Shown: one piece after another, positions 1 through 10,124 of the stretch
Position numbering within the stretch: the stretch's first letter is position 1
Layout: each line of letters starts with the position of its first letter
Assembly: GCA_011109175.1 (NCBI GenBank)
Contig: RDEW01000040.1
Span: 186,001-250,000 of the forward strand
Direction: 5' to 3'
DNA length: 64,000 nucleotides
Source: Dicyema japonicum
Lineage: Eukaryota > Animalia > Dicyemida
The notes under the pieces: model-generated
Seen by the model: the letters and a program-made list of their open reading frames with translations, nothing else
Told to the model about the DNA's origin: nothing
Databases searched by the model: none
Program-made: the position numbers and the translations under genes

Positions 1-160
1 GACATACACCCAACAAAAAGAAAAATAATACGTGAAGAGCAGTCCTTGCTTATCCCTCTATGATTAGTTATAATAATTGTTCTTTACTTAAAAATAAAGT
101 GCGTTCCTTCCTGAGCGAAGCTAAAGCTAATATGGCTCTGCATAAAAATGAAGTTTTTTT
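1..160 (+). mobile_element. Diverged 3' portion of the tRNA-derived SINE family (full copies at 39019 and 48589)
   Basis: GTGAAGA..TCCTTG..CT.TGATTAGTTA..AATTGTTCTTTACTTAAAAATAAAGTG..TATGGCTCT aligns by eye with the tail of the SINE at 39215-39325. Confidence 0.55.
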
Positions 161-1039
161 TTGTAAAAGGGAGTACAACATTAAACTAAGAGTCCTCTTT
201 AATAATACAATTATTTCAGTTAATAACATCCTGAGAGTCTGGCTTGACCAGGGACTTTCTTTCAGGATTACAACTGCAATAAAGAGAATGAAAATTTTAA
301 AGATTAGCAATTTGAAGACAGGGTGGATGATAGATGAAAAGACGCTGTAGAGTAGGATGAAAGACACGAAATGGGAACATATCTCAGGTACCTCTAAAAG
401 AAAATTTGATGAACTAATCTATATCATAAACATTTTGAAAGAAAAATGCGAAAGGCCAACTTGAATTTACTGATGTGGTGGCTCTGGTCCTCATGACCGA
501 CAGCTATAAAGAGGCTGAAAGGGTTAAGAGGTTTAATATGCTTTCATCCCTTGCGGATCCGAGAAGGCAACAATTATCGTTGTTAACAAAACAAAATCCA
601 ATTGATAACAGACGGATATCAAGCTATGTCTATGACGTAAAGAGAAGGACCTGTAGCGGTGATGGAGACATCCGTCAACTTGAGTTAAGAATCCGAGGAT
701 AATTGCCTTGACGTTTTTTGAATTTTGAAGTATTCTGCTCCGACAGGTTGATTTTTTGTAGATGGATTGTGTTCGAAAAACCTGAGGAAGTGCGCGGAAA
801 AAATTGAAGATTAATTCATTTATAAGAGAAAGTCAATTTTGATTGGAGGCTTCAACTCAAACATCAGTGTTTCTTGTCTCCGCCTCTTTTGAAGCACGCG
901 GAGTCCCTAACTATATTATGAGAGATAGAAATTGATCGCGTTCCTCAGCCGGTGACGATCAACATAGAAACGAAGAGTCCCTGTAATGTTTTATAGGCTA
1001 AAGTCGGTTTCGGTTTGGTGGACTGCAACCACTACATGA

Positions 1040-1330
1040 TGTAGTGGTTATGGAAAAATTTCTCAAATAAAATTTGACAAGAAGTGGAGATCTGAAGCTG
1101 GAATGGGGACTTTTTGTCGGGACGGAACTCATTTTTGAATATGGCGAATTTTTATCATAACCGTTAAAGCTTAAAAGAGGAGTCCCTCAGACTTCAGGGT
1201 TCAACCACCTGCTATTCAACATTAACATGGCTGACACTACAGAAATTCCGAAAGTCTATTTATATGGATGACGTCCTAATTTTGGATGTGTTAAATCAAG
1301 AAAATTGTCGTACAAAAGACTTGACAATTA
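1040..1330 (+). mobile_element. Degenerate non-LTR reverse transcriptase fragment
   Basis: LKRGVPQ..LLFNINM and YMDD-like motifs across frameshifts. Confidence 0.5.
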
Positions 1331-2755
1331 AATCAAAGAAATCAGCAAATGTTGTGTTTCCAACAATATCAGCAAAGAAAGAGAACGTTCTGATTGAATC
1401 GACATAAATTGGCATTGAGGAACATGAAAAATACGGCTAACTTACACTATCTTAGAGTGTTAATTGGAAAAAAAAGAGACTTTGTAAAAAAACTTAGACG
1501 TTAGAAGGAAGAGAGCCTTCAAGTTCTTCTGTGCATGATAAAATTGGAAAATAGGTTTTCTGTTCAAGCACGTCATCTTCATCGTCTACGTAAGTGGTAC
1601 TAAACCCCCAAGAAAACCAGAAAATATCGCACTTAGAAAGAAGTTCACGCTAAAAAGTTAGATGAATAAGGAGGTCAGCACTGATAGAGCCATTTGGAAC
1701 AGTAACACAGGACAAAATGAATATTTGTACAAGGAAGAAGCCATATTAGAGACTCATATATAAAAATTATTTCTAAAAAGATGGAGATGGACACTGGTGA
1801 AGAGACCAAGCCATATGGCAGGACTTGAGGTAACAAATCATCATTAACTAGCCCTTTTGTAAACCCCTTATTAAATAAAATATAATAAAATGCTACTGCG
1901 ATGAATGATAGTGAGGATTTGGATAACAAACCTACAAAAATAACAAATGAATCTTCTATGGAAAATACAGAGCGACCTTCAACTGCAGCGTGGCTAGGAT
2001 TAAGATACACAAACTTTTTGTATCAAAAGCAACATCGATATTAGATCGACGTTCCATTTGTCACTGTTGCTCCATCATACGATTCAACGCCACAAAATGG
2101 CCGTTTCTTTACCTTTCACCAAGAAATCAGCGTGCGATACATCTTTTTTATCGATCAGGAATCCACGAGTTTGATTTTTATATTCAGAAATACGAACCTA
2201 GATGACCGGATCTCTTTATGATCACCACTTTGGTTAAATCCAGCTTCGCTTAAACATATTCTCCATTTAGGCGATCGGAATACGCTCGGAAATATCTCGA
2301 ATATGCTCACAGAATATCTCTTTATCCTCTCCTCTAAATAGCTCCTTCCTTAAAGATTTTTCGAAAGCTAAGTTTTTTGATTCCCGTTTATTCATCTAGT
2401 TGTCTCAACAACAACAACCTGGAATGTGAACCGGCACAGAAAACCATGGTGTTTCTTCCCCTTGGCCTTCTTAGCTTTTCTGCAGCATATATGTATCTAC
2501 CACACTACAGACGATATTGAGAGGAAAAAGGGAGTCGATCTATGTATCATCCTATACCATCCCATATATTGTTGGATTGAATGACCTTTATTTTATTATA
2601 ATTATTTCTTTGTGGACTTGAGTCTGTTGGATACCCCTATTTTTGTAAACTCTGGCGAGGGACATATTTGTAAAATCTGAATTAATTTTAATGGAAGAAG
2701 CAAAATGAACCTTACTTGTGAAACATAGTTAAATTCTGAAGTGGAAATGATATAT

Positions 2756-2805
2756 GTTATGTTGTCCAATAAGTCGTGTCCGACCCTTGGAGATCTCATG
2801 AACGA
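2756..2805 (-). mobile_element. 50-nt 5'-truncated BovB-like RTE insertion
   Basis: Reverse complement nearly identical to the 3' end at 40642-40692; flanked by 15-bp direct repeat GTGGAAATGATATAT (2741-2755, 2806-2820). Confidence 0.85.
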
Positions 2806-3364
2806 GTGGAAATGATATATATCTGTACAATACGACTCTGTAAGAAAACGCAAAGCAGATGGACGTGGAGAAAAGATCTGGACAGTACAGCACCAGTTAG
2901 TTAATAACACCGACCTATTAAGTAGGACACAGCAAATTTCGGTCACTCCCATAAATCAATCAGCTTTAGCATGGTAGACAGCGTAATAGATCAGGACATT
3001 CAAAAAAGTGATTTTCCATCAACTCAATGATGCCGCAAAAGGAACAGAGGAAATCTTTTACATCATCCAGTTTGCGTACGTACACCGGAAGAGAAGGATG
3101 GTGTCCGCATCGTAGACGAGGCAGATTTACCCGGATGTTCCTCGGAATAGAGGATTCTAATTGGTCTATTGGGTAAGAGGCTGATGTAGTATTTTAATAT
3201 AATCAAGTCTTCGGATGGATCTTGTGGAAACGAAATCGTGTATTTGTTTAAAACAACTCAGGTTATTAAGACCAAAAGGGATAGCGGGTAACATTTGAGA
3301 CAGGTCAGAGGTTGTCATAATACAGTACAATACAGCACAGGAGGAATATTAATATAATATTTAT

Positions 3365-3600
3365 AAATTGGCTGCTTCAGTCTCGGACCCAGGTCATGCT
3401 TTCGAGGATCGGAAGAGAAAAAAGTACCGAAGAATTACGGAGGATCACTCGTTTGTCCAACTTGCTGTTGAGACGTTGGGAATCCTTGACCACAAGCTGA
3501 CGATCTAGTCCGTCGAATCGTCTCAATGATCCAAAGGGTCAACAAGGATTCACGTGAGACTGGAGGGCTTAGAGCTTGGCCATTCAAGTTCCCTAACTTT
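3365..3600 (+). mobile_element. CRE-clade retrotransposon 3' fragment (REL domain end)
   Basis: EDRKRKKY..FVQLAVETLG..D.RE motif typical of CRE C-termini; similar to 34930-35150. Confidence 0.75.
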
Positions 3601-3659
3601 TAATCTAAAATTAGTGTATTATTAAATTTTTTTATTGAAAAAAATTCATTAACGAAAGA

Positions 3660-4345
3660 AACAAATGTTAGTCGAAAAAGCCGGCTGCTTAGATAGCGAA
3701 CGAGTTCCTTCGGAGTATGGCCATTCCAATCTATTGTCTCATCCATATCGCTTTTCGTTAATCCCTTTTCTTTCTGGCAAGTATTCTTCCGAGTTCGCGC
3801 AAGAACTCAGCCATCATTGGACCAAAGGCTTCCAATGACATGACCGCAACAAAATTAAATCGGTAACGGTCCCAGAGGCAAGAATATTTCTTGATTTTTA
3901 AATTTTTCGCGGTCAAAGCAGCTGCTGAGGTGTCTGAACCGATTTGAAAAGATTCGTGCTTGAAAATGTGTCAACACAAGTTGCGTCCAAGACCAAAGAT
4001 CTTCCGGATGTGTAGGGGAAAAAGGTCATCCTGTCAGGTCTCTTTCCATCTCCTCAATCGAGACCCACTGGTTCAAGCTGAGATGGGAAGCCTGTAGCCA
4101 TAAGAGCTCTAACGATCACATCGTTCAGAGCAGCGTGACGTGGTCCTCTTCCGGTGCTTCTTTGCAGGACAGCGAATGCAATCCCTTCGCATCGACTATT
4201 TTCCCGCATCGGCATCGGTGCTCCTGGCAAACGTCTACTCCTTTGTCCAATTCCAATCCTCAAAGAATCGTCGTCCAAAAAAGTCCCTAAGTTTGGGCAA
4301 GTTATGGGACCAAGCCATGCTTCACTCCCTGTATTATTTAATTAA
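3660..4345 (-). mobile_element. CRE-clade retrotransposon 3' part (zinc knuckle + REL endonuclease), degenerate
   Basis: GRGPRHAALNDVIVRAL..LEPVGLDRGDGKRPD..DATCVDT motifs. Confidence 0.85.
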
Positions 4346-4384
4346 AAATAAATTTTAGGCTCTCAGCTTGGGAAAATAAAGATG

Positions 4385-4505
4385 ATTTGATCATCCATAC
4401 AGGAAGTGTGTCGGTTCTCGGGAGGAACACCGAGAAAAGATGAGTCGGCTGCTTAAGGAGGCCGTGATCACCTAACGGCCCATTTTATTTTGTCGGTGAT
4501 TCTTA
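4385..4505 (+). mobile_element. 3' end of an Ingi-like LINE
   Basis: TCATCCATAC..CTCGGGAGGAACACC.AGAAAAGATG..GTGATCACCT.ACGGCCC shared with the minus-strand copy at 57015-57130. Confidence 0.6.
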
Positions 4506-4617
4506 GTATTAAATAAATAAATTTCCATTAATTTTTATAAAAAATAATTATTGTTTTTATTAGTAAGCTAATGATTTAAAAAATAATAAATTTTTGTTTA
4601 CTTTTTGTCTCTGTTGT

Positions 4618-6837
4618 ATGAATTTCAAGATTAATTCAACAAATACTTTAAAGAGAAAACCAAATTTAGATCTTACTGAAGGTACTAATATAATCTGATG
4701 TATCCTATAGAAGAGAATAAATCTCCTTCCCAGAATACTAAGCGTATTAAATTTCCTACTTCTATTATACCTGCTGACGGGTTAGAAGACACGGAAATCG
4801 ATACTTTGGACACTTTTATGGCTGAATTAAATGTACTTCCTTAATAATTTCAGAATGAAATTGCTGAAAATAGCTCGAAAAAAGAAGAAAAGTTTATTCC
4901 ACTTTAAAAGTAGGGGGACACGTGAGGATATCGCAAAAGAGGACGAACATGAAGAGTACATCCGCTTTATGGACGAACATAGAATAGATAAAGCCGAGGA
5001 TGACGACTGTCAGTACTTGTTCGACGACGAAGGGACCGTGATTGGAAAGGCTTGTAAGGCTTGTGCCCATATTGATTACTTTTCAGGAAGTGATTGAACC
5101 GCTTCCTTCTATCGACCATGAGTCTGTTCGTTACTTAGAGTTTAAACGGAATTTCTACTCGGAGGCCCAGGATATTGCCAAACTTTCAGAAAACGATGTC
5201 GCAAACCTTCGAAAGAAACTGCAAGTTACTGTTTCTGGGATAGACCCCCAAAACCCGTCACATCGTTCTCCCACTTTGCCTTCCATGGTCCACTTTTGGA
5301 ATGCATCAGAAAGTCGGGGTTTACGGTTCCAACCGCAATTCAGAGTCAGGTATACCTCTTTTGGAGATTAAAGGGGATTCCCGCGGTCCTCAGTGGAAGA
5401 GATGTCATTGGGATTGCCAAGACTGGGAGTGGGAAGACTTTGGCTTTCATTTTGCCAATGGTCGTGCATATAATTGACCAAGAGCCTCTGAAACCAAATC
5501 AGGGACCAATCGCATTGATTGTGTGCCCCACAAGAGAACTGGCTCAACAGGTCGGGGACCGATTTCATGGTAGATCACGGTGGAGGCTATGAAGTACGGA
5601 AAGCCGTACAGATTGCGGATTCTCTGTGCTTTCGGTGGAGGAAGTATGTGGGAACAGCAGAAGGCATGTCAGTCTGGTGTGGAAGTCCTTGTTTGCACTC
5701 CCGTTTGAAGTTACCGATAACTTAAGGGACGGCTGATTGATCTTGTCAAGAAGAAGTCCACCAATTTTCAAAGAGTCACATTTCTTGTCTTTGATGAGGC
5801 TGACAGACTTTTTGAGTTGGGATTCGAGGCTCAGATAAGGTCAATTGCCAGGAATGTACGACCAGACAGACAGAGTAATAGTTTGGTTTTATTCTCAGCC
5901 CTCTTTTTTTCCGCTACGTTTCGGTGGAAGACAGAAAAGCTAGCACGAGACGTCCTCATAGACCCAGTTAGAGTGGTACACGGAGATACGGCAGGAGAGG
6001 TCTAAGACTGCTGAGTGGTAGATTAACCAAGACATCTCCCAGATTGTGGACCTGGTTCTTTCCGAGGAATCCAAGTGGGATTGGTTGAGACTGCGGATTG
6101 TATCTTTTATGAGCGGTATATTGGCTGTTTATTTTTAAGTTGGGACTGTCCTCATTTTTGTCAACAAAAAACAAACTTGTATCGATTTGCTAGGAAAACT
6201 TGGTCTAAACCATGGGGAAGGTTACTTTTAGGTTTTAGTCTAGTCTGCGCCCTCCATGGAGACTTGACTCAGTTCGAAAGGAATGATATAATTACTGGTT
6301 TTAAGAACCGGAAATATAATGTTATGGTGGCTACTGATGTGGCTTCACGTGGATTGGACATTCCCCATATAAGAACTGTGATAAACTACGACCCGGCCAA
6401 GAACATGGACATTCACACTCATCGCTGTGGTCGTACTGGTAGAGCTGGAGAGAAGGGGACAGCCTACACACTCTTAACATCAAAGGACAAAGAATTTGCT
6501 GGTCTCCTTGTGCGACAGTTGGAGGCCACGAACCAATTTGTTTTGAAGGGAGTCCTTGACCTAGCTAACATGGTAACGCATTGCTTATCCCAGAATCCCT
6601 GGTTCCAAAAAAACCGACACAAACATGTTAAGAAAGCTCAATCAAGTTGCGATGAACCACGTGTAAAATTCTCAAACACAATTTAAGGATATAAAATCAG
6701 CTATGATGGTTCATATTTACTTATATCAGGCTAAATATAAATCTCGATTCGTCCCGGCAGTTAGTCAGCCTATTGAGGAGAGGACCAGGAGTACCATGGA
6801 TAGTAAGAAAGTAAAGAAAACTCGATGGAGTAATTAA
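4618..6837 (+). CDS. DDX42: DEAD-box RNA helicase DDX42 (SF3b125), about 14 mini-introns
   Basis: Spliced translation gives EIDTLDTFMAEL, IEPLPSIDH..KRNFY, AKTGSGKT, PTRELAQQ, DEAD, SAT, HRCGRTGRAG and a C-terminal KKTRWS; example introns 4833-4853, 5350-5373, 5551-5573, 5703-5726, 6000-6021; one homopolymer -1 at 5245-5249. Confidence 0.92.
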
Positions 6838-6859
6838 AATTGTGACAATAAACATATTA

Positions 6860-9139
6860 CTATGCTTTTTCTACGTAAAATAGTAATAGTTTTGTGTCAA
6901 ACCATATTGGTAGTCGGTTATAGCTTGGTATTAATTAGTGGATTACCTCGTATATATTGATATCAAAGCTCTGTTTTGAGGGAAGATATGTCAAACTCAC
7001 TCATTACAAACTTTCGCACACAAAAAGATTTGTTGACAGGCAGTAGTCCTACCATAGTTCCAGCTTCTATGAAAGAGATGATGGCTGAGGAGTCTGTGCT
7101 TTGTCTGCATATTAAACCAAGGAGTACCTTTTGGCACAAAAAGCATCAATAGGGTGACATAGAACCTCAATCGCCGCTATTAGGTGGCTCAACTGTAATT
7201 TGTTATGCCATGACTCAAACTATCATTAGATACATCAAAAAACCCAGGCTCTATCGGTCTTCCAGGACTCCCCATTCGACAGATCCGTACATTCGTCCTT
7301 TTGGATTATATCCAGTCGTTGAAGAGCAAAGAAAGCCTCCTTCTCCTTGATTATTCTATGAAGTAGTACAGAGTTGCCTAATAAGCCAAAATGCGAACCT
7401 TCCGCCTGAAAAGCAACAATATTGTTGATAGTCTCCACGATATTCATCAACGAAACGTGATTATGCTTTCTATGTAGAAGAAACCACGGAGTGGAAGCAG
7501 ACTGAAATCACAAAAATAAAAACCTTCATAATAAGAATCAAAGCATTCGCAGAATGGTCGAAATACGCTTTCATATAGGCCGACACTAACACGTGGTCAC
7601 TATAACTTACAATTAGCTAGGATTGTGGTAGCGTAGTCAATAAACTCATACTGCTGGACATAACCAACGAAAACGGTGGAATAAATCGTCTAAAATTACT
7701 GTGGTTTCAACCGAAATCAGATAGTCCATGTAGGTAGTACTTGGGGACCTCTCTTTATTGAGAAAAACAGCAAAAGTCCTCTCAGCACTAAGGATGAGCA
7801 GCAATTGAATGGCTAAGAGATTGATCCCCTTTACAGATGAACTTCTGTCCAAGTTCCGGTTGTTTCCTTGCTCGACAATCTCCAATAATAGTCCCGTGAT
7901 CGTCAGTAAATACTCACTACTCAAAAAGGCGTGAAGGAAGTTCTAGAATTAAAACAAGGGAGACCTTGTTGAGATAGGACGTGGCCCAAAAAAGGTAGAG
8001 AAGCTCGTAGCTGTGGGATCCCCACGTATCCTTTGAATACATCCACGGAATTATGCTTTTTGAAGTCAGCCTCCCAAGAATATCGCCAAATCCCTTAACC
8101 ACTGTCGATAGACTCTGCAGTAATCAACAAACCGAGACCATGTGTATGTCAATATCGCTGAGAAACTCAGCAAACAAATTGAGCTCAACCTGATTCTCAG
8201 CAGATAGCCTGACGTCGACAAGTGAGCTGACCAGCTGGGCGGAAATCACCACATTCTCTAAAATAATTTCCTCGCAGACCGTAAGAGGAGGCCGAATCAA
8301 AGATCTTGGACAGAAAAGCAAAAAATATTTTCTGACCTCGTTTTCTATAAAATATTAAGAAATGGAGCAACTCGATCTGGCAGACCGACTCAAATCTCCT
8401 TAGCCACGTGTAGGACATAGAGGCATCTGAGGAAACTGAAATTACACTGAATATACTGTCTTCGAGTTCATAAAGGTACTCAGAAATGACTGTGAGCAGC
8501 AGAATCTGGACAGTTATCTGGTTTGCGGTGATCTGGGGGATGGTGACCTGGAAAAACGAGTTTACGTGGTCCTCCACAGAGTTGGAGATGATCTCTTCGA
8601 CCTCAACGCAGAAGTTTGGAAAGAACATGAGATCCTATAGAGATTAGAGACCCCCAAACGATTATTATTTCAAGTAGAGCAGTACCAAGAGGGAGTTCGT
8701 CCTTGGGTTATTGAAAAAAAGAACCTGAGAGCACTTAACAGTCTCGGTCCACATAAATTTCCGCGACTTCCTATCCTCGTGAATAAACGGAATTATCCTG
8801 GTAAGCAGTCTTATCACAGAAATGACTTAAAATAAGCGAAATATCAACGTGTGTTTTTTGCTTTCTTCAACATTAACGGAATTCCGGCATATAATCAGTT
8901 TTTCCGTCAAAAATCTAAATAACTGTGTGAAAAGCTCAGGCTTCGTGTCCCTCAGAGACCGAATGTCACCAACTTGAACCGACTCGATGTAAGATTCAAG
9001 GCTGTTAGAACCTTGACATGATATATTTTCCAGAAATCGGTCTCTGTCTGAAATTTAATCGCAATTTATTTACTTCAGTTGCACTGTTTAGGTGAGATAT
9101 TACTTTGCAAAGAGGAATTTTAGAATTGGTCGTTCCCAT
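6860..9139 (-). CDS. HID1: HID1 (dymeclin/HID-1 family Golgi-associated protein), multi-exon
   Basis: MGTTNSK start, TDFWK, RLLTRIIPFIHED, DLMFFPNFCV, ELLYLFW, LLLILSAERTFAVFLNK, GTMVGLLP and C-terminal PIWFDTKLLLF match recalled human HID1 blocks in order; 23-26-nt GT-AG introns. Confidence 0.9.
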
Positions 9140-9752
9140 CACTAAACTCAGACAACAATTTCATAAATTTTATTATTATTTATTAATTTTATTAAAATTA
9201 ACATTTAAATTTATTAATCTCAAATTAATGTTTTTTTTACTAACTTTATTATTTAGCGGCTTAATTTTTCTACCAATTTCATTAAATGTTTTCTGTGAAA
9301 TTTGTGATAGGATATACTCAATAATTAAATAAATGGAGATTTTATTTTTTTAACGAATCCAACTGTTTCCTTAACGAATTGACATTAATTATAGTTCGTA
9401 CATTTTTTTGAATTTTTACATTTTTCTACTAATTAATTCAAAAATAAATAATGAATATTATTAAACTATATGTTGATTCTGCTTCTTTTGACTACTATGT
9501 TGTGTGGCTAATAAGAGAAATAAAATATCCTGAGAGTATTAACAGTTGCAACCTTAGCAACGCCTAAGCAATAAATCTCTAAAAGATGCCTCTGCTAGGA
9601 TTGTTTTGTACCAATTTTGCAGATACAACCAAACAAAACATTTTCAAGCCTTATCAAGGAGGGATAACCCTACTTATCTTTAAAAATGAAAATGGTGCTG
9701 ATTTACGAAATTAAAGTTGTAATTTTCGAGAGATTTCTACGAATAAAAAAAA

Positions 9753-9860
9753 GCCTGGCTGGCGCAGTGTAAAAGGTGCCGGGAAAAAAGGCCTGAAGGT
9801 ACTTAGTTCGAATTTTGATCCTGTACATTTTGTTTGAAGGTTCCACGTATCTCATGCCTT
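9753..9860 (+). mobile_element. Diverged SINE-like head (pol III A/B boxes plus shared core)
   Basis: TGGCGCAGTG A-box-like and AGTTCGAATT B-box-like motifs, then GAAGGTTCCACG.ATCT shared with the SINE at 39019. Confidence 0.45.
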
Positions 9861-10124
9861 TGCTTGAAAGAGTAACGTCTTAATAAGTGAACATCTCAAT
9901 GTGGAACCGAATCGTCTACAAATGGACTCACGTCTTCTTGACTAGAAAAAGGTGTCTGTGCATGCCCGATCCAAAATCTGAAATCTCCTTCGAAAAAAGG
10001 GGAAAACAGTGATCACATCGGGCCCTTTCTATCACCAGAAATGACAGGAATCACTGATGGGTAGACAAGAGAGCGGGTATAGCGATATTTTCAAATATTT
10101 TGCACTTCCCAGCATCATAGTAAA

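Noticed and set aside
2046-2940. Gypsy integrase or RNase H remnants
   Set aside because: Only faint GHLG and DLLSR-like hints on opposite strands; insufficient support
5050-5090. GC-AG intron in DDX42
   Set aside because: Canonical GT donors (5054 or 5063) with the AG at 5089-5090 also restore the frame
4833-6593. Introner-type mobile introns
   Set aside because: The mini-introns share no sequence similarity, TIRs or TSDs
9105-9332. Small hydrophobic membrane protein ORF (likewise 54694-54891 and 44567-44798)
   Set aside because: TTG-started translations of AT-rich promoter or repeat DNA
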